Shown: positions 13,862 through 28,233, counted from the stretch's first letter. The stretch: 64,000 nt of DNA from Phyllobates terribilis (GCF_046119375.1 NW_027362770.1:184512001-184576000), one strand, 5' to 3'. Program-made: numbers and translations. The notes: generated by a model not told the origin, from the letters alone.

Positions 13862-16800
13862 GCAGCTTTCCCAGTACAGAAGGGGGGCACCCAGCTTTCC
13901 CATGACAGGGGGGCTCCAAGCTTTCCCATTACACTGGGGCACCCAGCTTTCCCTTTACAGGGGGGCACCCAGCTTTCCCATTACAGGGGGGGCACCCAGC
14001 TTTCCCATTACAGAAGGGGGGCACCCAGCTTTCCCATTACAGAAGGGGGGCACCCAGCTTTCCCATGACAGGGGGGGCTCCAAGCTTTCCCATTACACTG
14101 GGGCAGCCAGCTTTCCCATTACAGGGGGGTCCAAGCTTTCCCATTAAACTGGGGCACCCAGCTTTCCCATTACAGGGGGGGGCTCCAAGCTTTCCCATTA
14201 CACTGGGGCACCCAGCTTTCCCATTACGGGGGGGTACCCAGATTTCCATCATAGGGGGGAGCACCCAGCTTTTCCATTACAGGTGAGGGGTACTCAGCTT
14301 TCCCATGACAGGGGGGGCTCCAAGCTTTCCCATTACACTGGGGCACCCAGCTTTCCCATTACAGGGGGGGGGCCTCCAAGCTTCCCCATTACAGAAGGGG
14401 GGCACCCAGCTTTCCCATTAAAGGTAGGGCTCCAAGCTTTCCCATTACACTGGGGCACCCAGCTTTCCCATTACAGGGGGGGGGGGAGGTCCAAGCTTTC
14501 CCATTACAGAAGGGGGGCACTCAGCTTTCCCATGACACTGGGGCACCCAGCTTTCCCTTTACGGGGGGGGGGGCACCCAGCTTTCCCATTACAGGGGGGG
14601 CACCCAGCTTTCCCATTACAGGGGGGGTCCAAGCTTTCCCATTACAGAAGGGGGGCACTCAGCTTTCCCATGACAGGGGGGGCTCCAAGCTTTCCCATTA
14701 CACTGGGGCACCCAGCTTTCCCTTTACAGGGGGGGGGCACCCAGCTTTCCCATTACAGGGGGGGCACCCAGCTTTCCCATTACAGGGGGGGTCCAAGCTT
14801 TCCCATTACATTGGGGCACCCAGCTTTCCCATTACAGGGGGGGGGCTCCAAGCTTTCCCATTACACTGGGGCACCCAGCTTTCCCATTACGGGGGGGGGG
14901 GGGGGGGCACCCAGCTTTCCCATTACAGGGGGGGGGGCCTCCAAGCTTTCCCATTACAGAAGGGGGGCACCCAGCTTTCCCATTAAAGGTAGGGCTCCAA
15001 CCTTTCCCATTACACTGGGGCACCCAGCTTTCCCATTACAGGGGTTGGAGGTCCAAGCTTTCCCATTGCAGAAGGGGGGCACTCAGCTTTCCCATGACAC
15101 TGGGGCACCCAGCTTTCCCTTTACGGGGGGGGCACCCAGCTTTCCCATTACAGGGGGGTCACCCAGCTTTCCCATTACAGGGGGGGGGGGTCCAAGCTTT
15201 CCCATTACAGAAGGGGGGCACTCAGCTTTCCCATGACAGGGGGGGCTCCAAGCTTTCCCATTACACTGGGGCACCCAGCTTTCCCTTTACAGGGGGGGAC
15301 ACCCAGCTTTCCCATTACACTGGGGCACCCAGCTTTCCCATTACAGGGGGGGGGGTTCCAAGCTTTCCCATTACACTGGGGCACCCAGCTTTCCCATTAC
15401 AGGGGGGGGTTCCAAGCTTTCCCACTACACTGGGGCACCCAGCTTTCCCTTTACAGGGGGGGGGTCCAAGCTTTCCCATTACACTGGGGCACCCAGCTTT
15501 CCCATTACATGGGGGGGGGTTCCAAGCTTTCCCATTACACTGGGGCACCCAGCTTTCCCATTACGGGGGGGGTACCCAGATTTCCATCATAGGGGGGATC
15601 ACCCAGCTTTTCCATTACAGGTGAGGGGTACTCAGCTTTCCCATGACAGGGGGGGCTCCAAGCTTTCCCATTACACTGGGGCACCCAGCTTTCCCTTTAC
15701 AGGGGGGGGGGGGCACCCAGCTTTCCCATTACAGGGGGGGGGGGGCACCCAGCTTTCCCATTACAGAAGGGGGGCACCCAGCTTTCCCATTAAAGGTAGG
15801 GCTCCAAGCTTTCCCATTACACTGGGGCACCAAGCTTTCCCATTACAGAAGGGGGGCACTCAGCTTTCCCATGACAGGGGGGGCTCCAAGCTTTCCCATT
15901 ACACTGGGGCACCCAGCTTTCCCTTTACAGGGGGGGGGGGTCCAAGCTTTCCCATTACAGAAGGGGGGCACTCAGCTTTCCCATGACAGGGGGGGCTCCA
16001 AGCTTTCCCATTACACTGGGGCACCCAGCTTTCCCTTTACAGGGGGGGGCACCCAGCTTTCCCATTACACTGGGGCACCCAGCTTTCCCATTACAGGGGG
16101 GGGGTTCCAAGCTTTCCCATTACACTGGGGCACCCAGCTTTCCCATTACAGGGGGGGGTTCCAAGCTTTCCCACTACACTGGGGCACCCAGCTTTTCCTT
16201 TACAGGGGGGGGGTCCAAGCTTTCCCATTACACTGGGGCACCCAGCTTTCCCATTACATGGGGGGGGGTTCCAAGCTTTCCCATTACACTGGGGCACCCA
16301 GCTTTCCCATTACGGGGGGGGTACCCAGATTTCCATCATAGGGGGGAGCACCCAGCTTTTCCATTACAGGTGAGGGGTACTCAGCTTTCCCATGACAGGG
16401 GGGGCTCCAAGCTTTCCCATTACACTGGGGCACCCAGCTTTCCCTTTACAGGGGGGGGGGGGGCACCCAGCTTTCCCATTACAGGGGGGGGGGGGCACCC
16501 AGCTTTCCCATTACAGAAGGGGGGCACCCAGCTTTCCCATTAAAGGTAGGGCTCCAAGCTTTCCCATTACACTGGGGCACCAAGGTTTCCCATTACAGAA
16601 GGGGGGCACTCAGCTTTCCCATGACAGGGGGGGCTCCAAGCTTTCCCATTACACTGGGGCACCCAGCTTTCCCTTTACAGGGGGGGGGCACCCAGCTTTC
16701 CCATTACAGGGGGGGCACCCGGCTTTCTCATTACAGGGGGGGGGGGTCCAAGCTTTCCCATTACACTGGGGCACCCAGCTTTCCCATTACAGGGGGGGGG

Positions 16801-17099
16801 TCCAAGTTTTCCCATTACACTGGGGCACCCAGCTTTCCCATTACGGGGGGGTACCCAGATTTCCATCATAGGGGGGAGCACCCAGCTTTTCCATTACAGA
16901 TGAGGGGCACCCAGCTTTCCCTTTACAGCGGGGGGGGCACCCAGCTTTCCCATTACAGGGGGGGGGGCACCCAGCTTTCCCATTACAGGAGGGGCTCCCA
17001 GCTTTTCCAATACAGGGTGGGGGGCTCCCAGCTTTTCCATTACAGGGTGGGGGGCTCCCAGCTTTTCCATTACAGGGTGGGGGGCTCCCAGCTTTCCCA
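13862..17099. repeat. ~27-bp minisatellite (CACCCAGCTTTCCCATTACA-Gn) with variable G-runs
   Basis: Direct reading; G-run length varies between units; marker CCCAGATTTCCATCATAGG recurs near 14238, 15576, 16324, 16856. Confidence 0.95.
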
Positions 17100-17609
17100 G
17101 GGTTCTGAATAGCAAACCACTATCACTGGTACCACTGGTTTGAAACCAGATGTCATTCAGGGGCCTTGGAAAGCTGTGTGTTCACCAGAAAGGGTGCAAC
17201 AGCGGCCATATTAGTTCATCATTAACCCCCTAATGACCGACATTTACTAGGATTTATTTGATAGAAGGAAATCCTCCTCCGTCTTCCCTCCGGCTCCGCA
17301 GCATGAAGAAAAGAATCTGGTGGGCGGCTGTTGATATATGCGTCTGCGCAGCGTGGTGTCGCCCCCTCACCCTGTCCTCGCCCCATCCTCCTGCAGGTTC
17401 GGGTTCAGGCAGCTGTGACCCGTCCTGTGTTCTATCAAAAAAAAAATCTTCATAGAACATCTGATCTGTTAACATTAAACCCGACAGAAGCCGCATGACC
17501 CGATGTGAACGCAGAAGAGAGCGGAGGTAACAAAGCATGGCGGAGGCGACAGGCCGGACTCTGGGGGCACAGAGCCAAAGTCTCCAGTTATCTTCCTACA
17601 GTCATCGCT

Positions 17610-20600
17610 AGTGAGAGCTCAGTACATACAGATTTCTACAGCCACCACTAGAGGGAGCTCACTACATACAGATTTATACAGTCACTACTAGAGGGAGCTC
17701 ACTACATACAGATTTATACAGCCACCACTAGAGGGAGCTCACTACATACAGATTTATACAGTCACCACTAGAGGGAGCTCACTACATACAGATTTATACA
17801 GTCACTACTAGAGGGAGCTCACTACATACAGATTTATACAGCCACCACTAGAGGGAGCTCACTACATACAGATTTATACAGCCACCACTAGAGGGAGCTC
17901 ACTACATGCAGATTTATACAGCCACCACTAGAGGGAGCTCACTACATACAGATTTATACAGCCACCACTAGAGGGAGCTCACTACATACAGATTTATAGA
18001 GTCACCACTAGAGGGAGCTCACTACATACAGATTTATACAGCCACCACTAGAGGGAGCTCACTACATACAGATTTATACAGCCACCACTAGGGGGAGCTC
18101 ACTACATACAGATTTATACAGCCACCACTAGAGGGAGCTCACTACATACAGATTTATACAGCCACCACTAGAGGGAGCTCACTACATACAGATTTATACA
18201 GCCACCACTAGAGGGAGCTCACTACATACAGATCTATACTGTAACCACTAGAGGGAGCTCACTACACACAGATTTATACAGCCACCACTAGAGGGAGCTC
18301 ACTACATACAGATTTATACAGTCACCACTAGAGGGAGCTCACTACATACAGATTTATACAGCCACCACTAGAGGGAGCTCACTACATACAAATTTATACA
18401 ACCACCACTAGAGGGAACTCACTACATACAGATTTATACAGTCACCACTAGAGGGAGCTCAGTACATACAGATTTATACAGTCACCACTAGAGGGAGCTC
18501 AGTACATACAGATTTATACAGCCACCACTAGAGGGAGCTCACTACATACAGATTTCTACAGCCACCAATAGAGGGAGCTCAGTACATACAGATTTATACA
18601 GCCCCCACTAGAGGGAGCTCACTACATACAGATTTCTACAACCCCTACTAGAGGGGGCTCACTACATACAGATTTATACAGCCACCACTAGAGGGAGCTC
18701 ACTACATACAGATTTATAGAGTTACCACTAGAGGGAGCTCACTACATACAGATTTATACAGCCACCACTAGGGGCAGCTCACTATATACAGATTTATACA
18801 GCCACCACTAGGGGGAGCTCACTACATACAGATTTATACAGCCACCACTAGAGGGAGCTCACTACATACAGATTTATACAACCACCACTAGGAGGAGCTC
18901 ACTACATACAGATTTATACAGCCAGCACTAGAGGGAGCTCACTACATACAGATTTATACAGCCACCACTAGAGGGAGCTCACTACATACAGATTTATAGA
19001 GTTACCACTAGAGGGAGCTCACTACATACAGATTTATACAGCCACCACTAGGGGGAGCTCACTACATACAGATTTATACAGCCACCACTAGGGGGAGCTC
19101 ACTACATACAGATTTATACAGCCACCACTAGAGGGAGCTCACTACATACAGATTTATACAGCCACCACTAGAGGGAGCTCACTACATACAGATTTATACA
19201 GCCACCACTAGAGGGAGCTCACTACATACAGATCTATACTGCAACCACTAGAGGGAGCTCACTACACACAGATTTATACAGCCACCACTAGAGGGAGCTC
19301 ACTACATACAGATTTATACAGTCACCACTAGAGGGAGCTCACTACATACAGATTTATACAGCCACCACTAGAGGGAGCTCACTACATACAGATCTATACT
19401 GCAACCACTAGAGGGAGCTCACTACACACAGATTTATACAGCCACCACTAGAGGGAGCTCACTACATACAGATTTATACAGTCACCACTAGAGGGAGCTC
19501 ACTACATACAGATTTATACAGCCACCACTAGAGGGAGCTCACTACATACAGATTTATACAGCCACCACTAGAGGGAGCTCACTACATACAGATTTATACA
19601 GTCACCACTAGAGGGAGCTCACTACATACAGATTATACAGTCACCACTAGAGGGAGCTCACTACATACAGATTTATACAGTCACTACTAGAGGGAGCTCA
19701 CTACATACAGATTTATACAGCCACCACTAGAGGGAGCTCACTACATACAGATTTATACAGCCACCTCTAGAGGGAGCTCACTACATACAGATTTATACAG
19801 CCACCACTAGAGGGAGCTCACTACATACAGATTTATACAGCCACCACTAGAGGGAGCTCACTACATACAGATTTATACAGCCACCACTAGAGGGAGCTCA
19901 CTACATACAGATCTATACTGTAACCACTAGAGGGAGCTCACTACACACAGATTTATACAGCCACCACTAGAGGGAGCTCACTACATACAGATTTATACAG
20001 TCACCACTAGAGGGAGCTCACTACATACAGATTTATACAGCCACCACTAGAGGGAGCTCACTACATACAAATTTATACAACCACCACTAGAGGGAACTCA
20101 CTACATACAGATTTATACAGTCACCACTAGAGGGAGCTCAGTACATACAGATTTATACAGTCACCACTAGAGGGAGCTCAGTACATACAGATTTATACAG
20201 CCACCACTAGAGGGAGCTCACTACATACAGATTTCTACAGCCACCAATAGAGGGAGCTCAGTACATACAGATTTATACAGCCCCCACTAGAGGGAGCTCA
20301 CTACATACAGATTTCTACAACCCCTACTAGAGGGGGCTCACTACATACAGATTTATACAGCCACCACTAGAGGGAGCTCACTACATACAGATTTATAGAG
20401 TTACCACTAGAGGGAGCTCACTACATACAGATTTATACAGCCACCACTAGGGGCAGCTCACTATATACAGATTTATACAGCCACCACTAGGGGGAGCTCA
20501 CTACATACAGATTTATACAGCCACCACTAGAGGGAGCTCACTACATACAGATTTATACAACCACCACTAGGAGGAGCTCACTACATACAGATTTATACAG

Positions 20601-23600
20601 CCAGCACTAGAGGGAGCTCACTACATACAGATTTATACAGCCACCACTAGAGGGAGCTCACTACATACAGATTTATAGAGTTACCACTAGAGGGAGCTCA
20701 CTACATACAGATTTATACAGCCACCACTAGGGGGAGCTCACTACATACAGATTTATACAGCCACCACTAGGGGGAGCTCACTACATACAGATTTATACAG
20801 CCACCACTAGAGGGAGCTCACTACATACAGATTTATACAGCCACCACTAGAGGGAGCTCACTACATACAGATTTATACAGCCACCACTAGAGGGAGCTCA
20901 CTACATACAGATCTATACTGCAACCACTAGAGGGAGCTCACTACACACAGATTTATACAGCCACCACTAGAGGGAGCTCACTACATACAGATTTATACAG
21001 TCACCACTAGAGGGAGCTCACTACATACAGATTTATACAGCCACCACTAGAGGGAGCTCACTACATACAGATCTATACTGCAACCACTAGAGGGAGCTCA
21101 CTACACACAGATTTATACAGCCACCACTAGAGGGAGCTCACTACATACAGATTTATACAGTCACCACTAGAGGGAGCTCACTACATACAGATTTATACAG
21201 CCACCACTAGAGGGAGCTCACTACATACAGATTTATACAGCCACCACTAGAGGGAGCTCACTACATACAGATTTATACAGTCACCACTAGAGGGAGCTCA
21301 CTACATACAGATTATACAGTCACCACTAGAGGGAGCTCACTACATACAGATTTATACAGTCACTACTAGAGGGAGCTCACTACATACAGATTTATACAGC
21401 CACCACTAGAGGGAGCTCACTACATACAGATTTATACAGCCACCTCTAGAGGGAGCTCACTACATACAGATTTATACAGCCACCACTAGAGGGAGCTCAC
21501 TACATACAGATTTATACAGCCACCACTAGAGGGAGCTCACTACATACAGATTTATAGAGTCACCACTAGAGGGAGCTCACTACATACAGATTTATACAGC
21601 CACCACTAGAGGGAGCTCACTACATACAGATTTATACAGCCACCACTAGGGGGAGCTCACTACATACAGATTTATACAGCCACCACTAGAGGGAGCTCAC
21701 TACATACAGATTTATACAGCCACCACTAGAGGGAGCTCACTACATACAGATTTATACAGCCACCACTAGAGGGAGCTCACTACATACAGATCTATACTGT
21801 AACCACTAGAGGGAGCTCACTACACACAGATTTATACAGCCACCACTAGAGGGAGCTCACTACATACAGATTTATACAGTCACCACTAGAGGGAGCTCAC
21901 TACATACAGATTTATACAGCCACCACTAGAGGGAGCTCACTACATACAAATTTATACAACCACCACTAGAGGGAACTCACTACATACAGATTTATACAGT
22001 CACCACTAGAGGGAGCTCAGTACATACAGATTTATACAGTCACCACTAGAGGGAGCTCAGTACATACAGATTTATACAGCCACCACTAGAGGGAGCTCAC
22101 TACATACAGATTTCTACAGCCACCAATAGAGGGAGCTCAGTACATACAGATTTATACAGCCCCCACTAGAGGGAGCTCACTACATACAGATTTCTACAAC
22201 CCCTACTAGAGGGAGCTCACTACATACAGATTTATACAGCCACCACTAGAGGGAGCTCACTACATACAGATTTATAGAGTTACCACTAGAGGGAGCTCAC
22301 TACATACAGATTTATACAGCCACCACTAGGGGGAGCTCACTACATACAGATTTATACAGCCACCACTAGGGGGAGCTCACTACATACAGATTTATACAGC
22401 CACCACTAGAGGGAGCTCACTACATACAGATTTATACAGCCACCACTAGAGGGAGCTCACTACATACAGATTTATACAGCCACCACTAGAGGGAGCTCAC
22501 TACATACAGATCTATACTGCAACCACTAGAGGGAGCTCACTACACACAGATTTATACAGCCACCACTAGAGGGAGCTCACTACATACAGATTTATACAGT
22601 CACCACTAGAGGGAGCTCACTACATACAGATTTATACAGCCACCACTAGAGGGAGCTCACTACATACAGATTTATACAGCCACCACTAGAGGGAGCTCAC
22701 TACATACAGATTTATACAGTCACCACTAGAGGGAGCTCACTACATACAGATTATACAGTCACCACTAGAGGGAGCTCACTACATACAGATTTATACAGTC
22801 ACTACTAGAGGGAGCTCACTACATACAGATTTATACAGCCACCACTAGAGGGAGCTCACTACATACAGATTTATACAGCCACCACTAGAGGGAGCTCACT
22901 ACATACAGATTTATACAGCCACCACTAGAGGGAGCTCACTACATACAGATTTATACAGCCACCACTAGAGGGAGCTCACTACATACAGATTTATAGAGTC
23001 ACCACTAGAGGAGCTCACTACATACAGATTTATACAGCCACCACTAGAGGGAGCTCACTACATACAGATTTATACAGCCACCACTAGGGGGAGCTCACTA
23101 CATACAGATTTATACAGCCACCACTAGAGGGAGCTCACTACATACAGATTTATACAGCCACCACTAGAGGGAGCTCACTACATACAGATTTATACAGCCA
23201 CCACTAGAGGGAGCTCACTACATACAGATCTATACTGCAACCACTAGAGGGAGCTCACTACACACAGATTTATACAGCCACCACTAGAGGGAGCTCACTA
23301 CATACAGATTTATACAGTCACCACTAGAGGGAGCTCACTACATACAGATTTATACAGCCACCACTAGAGGGAGCTCACTACATACAAATTTATACAACCA
23401 CCACTAGAGGGAACTCACTACATACATATTTATACAGCCACCACTAGAGGGAGCTTACTACATACAGATTTCTACAGCCACCACTAGAGGGAGCTCACTA
23501 CATACAGATTTCTACAGCCACCACTAGAAGGAGCTCACTACATACAGATTTCTACAGCCACCAATAGAGGGAGCTCAGTACATACAGATTTATACAGCCC

Positions 23601-23807
23601 CCACTAGAGGGAGCTCACTACATACAGATTTCTACAACCCCTACTAGAGGGAGCTCAGTACATACAGATTTCTACAGCCACCACTAGAGGGAGCTCACTA
23701 CATACAGATTTATACAGTCACCACTAGAGGGAGCTCACTACATACAGATTTATACAGCCACCACTAGAGGGAGCTCAGTACATACAGATTTCTACAGTCA
23801 CCACTAG
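17610..23807 (+). repeat. 40-bp satellite (CCACTAGAGGGAGCTCACTACATACAGATTTATACAGCCA)n, left block, ~155 units
   Basis: Direct reading. Confidence 0.97.
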
Positions 23808-23820
23808 GAGCCTGTAGTCT

Positions 23821-26800
23821 GTGGAGGTGAGCGGAGTACTCGCAGAGGTGCAGCAGCGGCGGTGCAGAAAGATTGGGGCACTAGGGCCGCACGGGAGTCG
23901 GTTACCAGCTATGGCTCCTGCATCCATGTGTACCTCTGAGTATGAGGAGGCTGGGAAGACCCTGAGAAGGCTCCGGGAGGAGATGAAGGAGGCGAGGCAG
24001 GCCGCAGACTGAGCCTCCCGCATGGACAAGTCTGCCCTAACAGCCAGGATATCCAGCCTGGGGATATGCATCGAGGGCATGGAAGCCCCATCAGACAATA
24101 GTATTTCAGAGGATGATGGGGGTGATGCGGATGATAGCAGCAGTGATAATAGCAGTAGTGGGGGTTGCCTCGTCATGCAGCAGATCCGTCAGCTAGAGTC
24201 CCCAGTAAATTATGCCCACCTGAAGTTTGGGGATGAGGTCTGCGGGGACGAGGCAACTGTAGCACCCCGAGGGTTCGGCCACTACAGAGGTATTGCATCT
24301 CAACCTGATGTGCGATATCTCACTTACAGGTAAGGATGGAGTGTGGATCAGGACCCTGACACCTACATGCATTACACCACATTTCCGGGGGGCAGGGCGA
24401 CAATGCTCCAAGTAGAGCACGACAGTCCCTGTCCCTGGCTGGAGTGGGGGGAGGGAACACCTAGGAAGGGGGAACCCTGTAGTGCATGGGTAGGGAGAGG
24501 AGTTCCTGGGTACACAGGAGAGAAAGATATAAAAGGGAGGAGCCATCTTAGATGAGGGCTCAGAGTGAGAGGAGAAGACAGGGAGCAGAGACTCTGCATG
24601 GGCTCTGCTCCACAGGCAGGCCCTGTCAGGAGGCCCGAGCCGGGGAAAGAAGAGGAGAGAAGGAGGCTCCAGGAAGAGGAGTGAAGGGACCCCAGGGGTG
24701 CGGACCGGCCAGTCGCCACCGTACGCCCGCCGCTACCAGAGTAGGGGGGTCAGGCCAAGAGAGGGAACCGGATCCCTTACTAGTGGAGGAGCGAAACTAC
24801 CCTCAGCTAGGAACCGGAGGCTGTGGCGTTCCATGCGTCACAGCCCCTCACTACACTCGCTAGGAAGGCACCATATAGGGTCCAGGGAAACGGAACATAC
24901 TTTTGCCCGCCAAGACCCGAGGCAGCTGGACAGAAGCGTGGTCACTTGTGGGGTATGACAGGCCAGAGAAAGGACATACAAAGGGGGTCCTGTGAAGCAC
25001 TCCAAAGTTATCTGGGAGTAGGCCGAGCCCCTCACCTGGTGAACACGGTGCGACGCGGGAAGTTACAGCCTGCCGGAGTAATGTGGAGTAACGAACTGTG
25101 AAGATCCTGGACTGCATTACAGAGACTCGGAGTCATTATTCCCGCGCACCATCACCCCCATCATCCACCTACACTGCCCTGGGGCTACACTCTTCCCGTG
25201 GGGAGTTATACCATCCCTGTGCTGCTCACCAACATCAGCCCCAGCGGTCTGCCCTGCAGCGGCGGTTCATCCTGACCGCAATCCACGGGTGGCGTAGTCG
25301 GACATTTGAAAATAATGAAAACCATATCAATAGACTGCCATTTGGTTTGACCACCCTGAGCCACAGACCGGGTCACTGCCACGCGGAGACTACAACCCCC
25401 AGCATCCCAAAAAATGCCCGGTTCCGGGTTCCCCACACGGCCCAGGGGGCGAGTCACAACCGGGAGGGGGAAAAGGAATGGGGAAAAAAGGCAGAAAACA
25501 TCTGAGAAGTTGGTGTTTGTCCCCTTCCTAGGACCCCCCGGTCCCGCTGTGTGGAGCCCGCTACTCACCTTGGCCCAGGCCCTACAGTGGGTCGGTTGCG
25601 AGGGAGAGTACAAGACATAGGGCGCAGGTTGCCGTCTCTGCTGGCGGTAGCAGAGGGGGCGAGAATGGGCATGTGGCTGCAGAGCCGGACAATGTGCGTG
25701 GTCTGGAGTGTGGCCCTGTGGCGGGCGGTAATAAGATCTGTGGAGGTGTCCAGGCCCGGTCCTCAGTGGGGACGGGGGACGGGCTGGCGCCAGCTGCACC
25801 CGCTGACCCTCGGGGGGTGGAGACTGTGGGCACCTTGCGGGCGGTCGCCGCTCCCCGCAGTGTTGGCGGTGCACTGTCAGCCGGGGCCGCATCGTCGGCG
25901 GCGTGTGCTGTGGTGTCGGGGTCCCCCGCATGCAGATCCGATGCTGGGTCAAAGTCAGGGACCCCGGCACCGGTTATCATCTCGGGTGCAGCTGTAATGG
26001 AAGCGGTAATGCCGGCCCGGAGGGGATCGCCACCGGGGTCCCCTGCGTGTGTATCACCTCCTGTATCTGCGGGGGACCCGGTGGTGAAGTGCACACAGGA
26101 GCTTGGAGATGGTCTGCAGGGGAGGCTGGAGCAACGGTCTGCAGCAGCAGCTGCCAGCACATGCTCTGCTGAAAAGCAGGGTGTGGTAGTTAAACCCTGC
26201 AGCATCGCCCTTAAAGGGGCAGCTGCACTGCAAATAACAACCCCCCCAGCAGAAAGCCGTGTAAAAAATAGAGATGAAAATCTAAATAAGAATGGAAGTG
26301 GAAAAATGAGCGAAAGTGGAGTGAATGGTGCGAGTGGTGTGAATAGTGTCTGTGACAATGGTGTAGGGTCAGGTGTTGGAGGGGCGGTTTCTGCTGTGGG
26401 AATGGGGGGGGTGAATGGTGTCAATGTGGTTTCTGCTGGAGGAATGGGGGGTGTGAATGGTGCCAGCACGGGGACTTCTACTAGTGGAAATGGCGAGGCT
26501 GAGGTAAGCGAGGTGGAGATGGTTGACTGTGAGGTGGAGGGTTCAGGGAATTTAGGGGCTGGTCCATCGCCCCCCTCGCCTGCAGGCACCATTAGTTATG
26601 AAGCTGCTGCCGGTGGGTTCTACAGGGGTCTTCCTCATTTCCGGACCCAGGGAATGATGCTTTTCCTGGAGGCCCTTGAAAAAGGGAGCGGACGATCAAT
26701 GTAGAGGGAAGAGAGGTGGAGTTGTCCTACTGGTTAGATAAGTTTGGTCCAGCTGCCTTCCAAGAGACAAGGGGGGGGGGGGGACTGTGTGGTCCGTCTG

Positions 26801-28233
26801 ACAGCTGGGCAGGGGGTCTCCAGGAGAAACGTGGTTTGTCTTTGCTGGAGGGGCGATGAGGCGTGTCCACCCAGGACAAATGTGGTGAAGCTCCTCATGA
26901 AGATGGACTTCAGGGCTATTGACATCGTTGTTCTGATACATCCTTTTGGGACCTCCACCTTTGATATCAGCTTAGTTTGGCCGGAGGGCTTGGAGCTCTT
27001 TTGGTCGAATTATGAGCTAGTAAAAGAGGAGCCTGGCTGGCGAGGGTTTGCCGTGGAGGCAATTTCTCGCCAAAGTGGGCCGAAGAAAGTGACCGTTTTA
27101 ACGTGTAATGAGTCTCTTTCTCGCATCGACATAATGACCTGGTTGAGCAGGTACGGCGAGGTTGTGGAGGTCCCTAAGAAGAACCGGGACGATTTTGGCA
27201 TCTGGTCAGGAGGCTGGACCTTCATGGTGAAGTTGAAGCGTTTAGGGGGCACTGTCATCCACATCCCTTCCTCGGCTTTCCTGGGAAGGGATCGGATTCT
27301 GGTCTTCTACCAGGGGCAGCCGAGGGTCTGCCACAGGTGTGGTGATCCTCGCCACTTCAGCGCGGGCTGCAAGGTGCAGAAATGTGTCTTGTGTGGCGAG
27401 GTGGGTCACCTTGCCGCATCCTGTGGTGTCATTCGATGTCACCTGTGTGGTGATCTAGGTCAACTGTTCAGCCGCTGCCCTCGTTCCTTCTCTAATGCCA
27501 TGGTCGGCTGGGCGGAGGGGAGCCGCGAGCAAGTTCTTGGCGGTGCAACTTCTGCAGAGGTTGGAGGTAGCAGCGGGGGAAGAGCTGAGGGGCCGGTGAA
27601 GAATGGCAGGGCTAGGGGCCCCTCTTACCAGCGGAGGCAGGCAAGGAGTCAGGAGGGCTGGGGGCAGGAGGAGCCTCGGGAAACTGGGATAATGGCTGCC
27701 CCCTCCTCCGAGGTGGCGGCCCATGTCACTGAGGCCCCGGGGAGGAAGCCGTGAATGAGGAGATCAGACGGATGCCGAAAGAGGAAATGGCTGATCTCTC
27801 AGATGTCTCCCAATATGAAAGTTTTTTGATGAGGACGGAGGGGAACAGCCAAAAGAAATTGGTGACAAGGGTACCAAGAGTGCCAAAAGTAAAAATAAAT
27901 AAATAAAGGGAGGTGGAAAATGTTCTCCCTCCCTGATCAAGGTCCCACCGATTCCCCTCTGATCCCCCCCCCTCTCCAACCGGTTCCAAGGCCTTGACGA
28001 CCCTGCTGAGACGGGAGTCGGGGGTGAGGTTCCGGAGGTAACATTAAGAGGGGGTGGGGTCCCTTCTCCAGAGGGTGTGTCTTCCTTGGGAGGTGGGGCC
28101 ATCCCTGAGTCCGGAGATGAGAAAGAGGTGGGAGGGATGGATACCTCTGTCTTTCTGAAAAGAAGAGGGGGGGCTTCATCGTCCGGAGATGAACAGACTA
28201 GGAAAATGGGTGGGGGGGGGGGAGGCCATCTAA
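23821..28233 (+). pseudogene. Tx1 ORF1 (gag-like, ZCCHC3-like zinc knuckles), interrupted by stops, frameshifts and a solo LTR
   Basis: Coiled-coil YEEAGKTLRRLREEMKEARQAA; core RNVVCLCWRG...GIWSGGWTFMVKL...FYQGQPRVCHRCGDPRHFSAGCKVQKCVLCGEVGHLAASCGVIRCHLCGDLGQ (26744-27754). Confidence 0.8.
24258..25456 (+). mobile_element. Solo LTR (1199 bp, probably Gypsy-type) nested in Tx1 ORF1
   Basis: TG...CA termini (TGTAGCACCCC...GGCGAGTCA), 4-bp TSD CAAC (24254-57 and 25457-60), TATAAAA at 24528; removing it restores the ORF1 frame (GDEA-TGRGKRN). Confidence 0.65.

Noticed and set aside
13862-17099. NF-kB or RBPJ site array (GCTTTCCCA)
   Set aside because: Only partial matches to GGGRNNYYCC or GTGGGAA; too short to be informative.
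6231-17527. Alternative plus-strand exon chain (6231-6312, from 8523, 17397-17527)
   Set aside because: Some sites look good, but the frames hit stops quickly or lack donors. Weaker than the minus-strand 258-nt exon, though not excluded.
26744-27754. Host ZCCHC3 gene
   Set aside because: It lies directly upstream of an APE-RT ORF2 within a decayed retrotransposon and has upstream stops and frameshifts.
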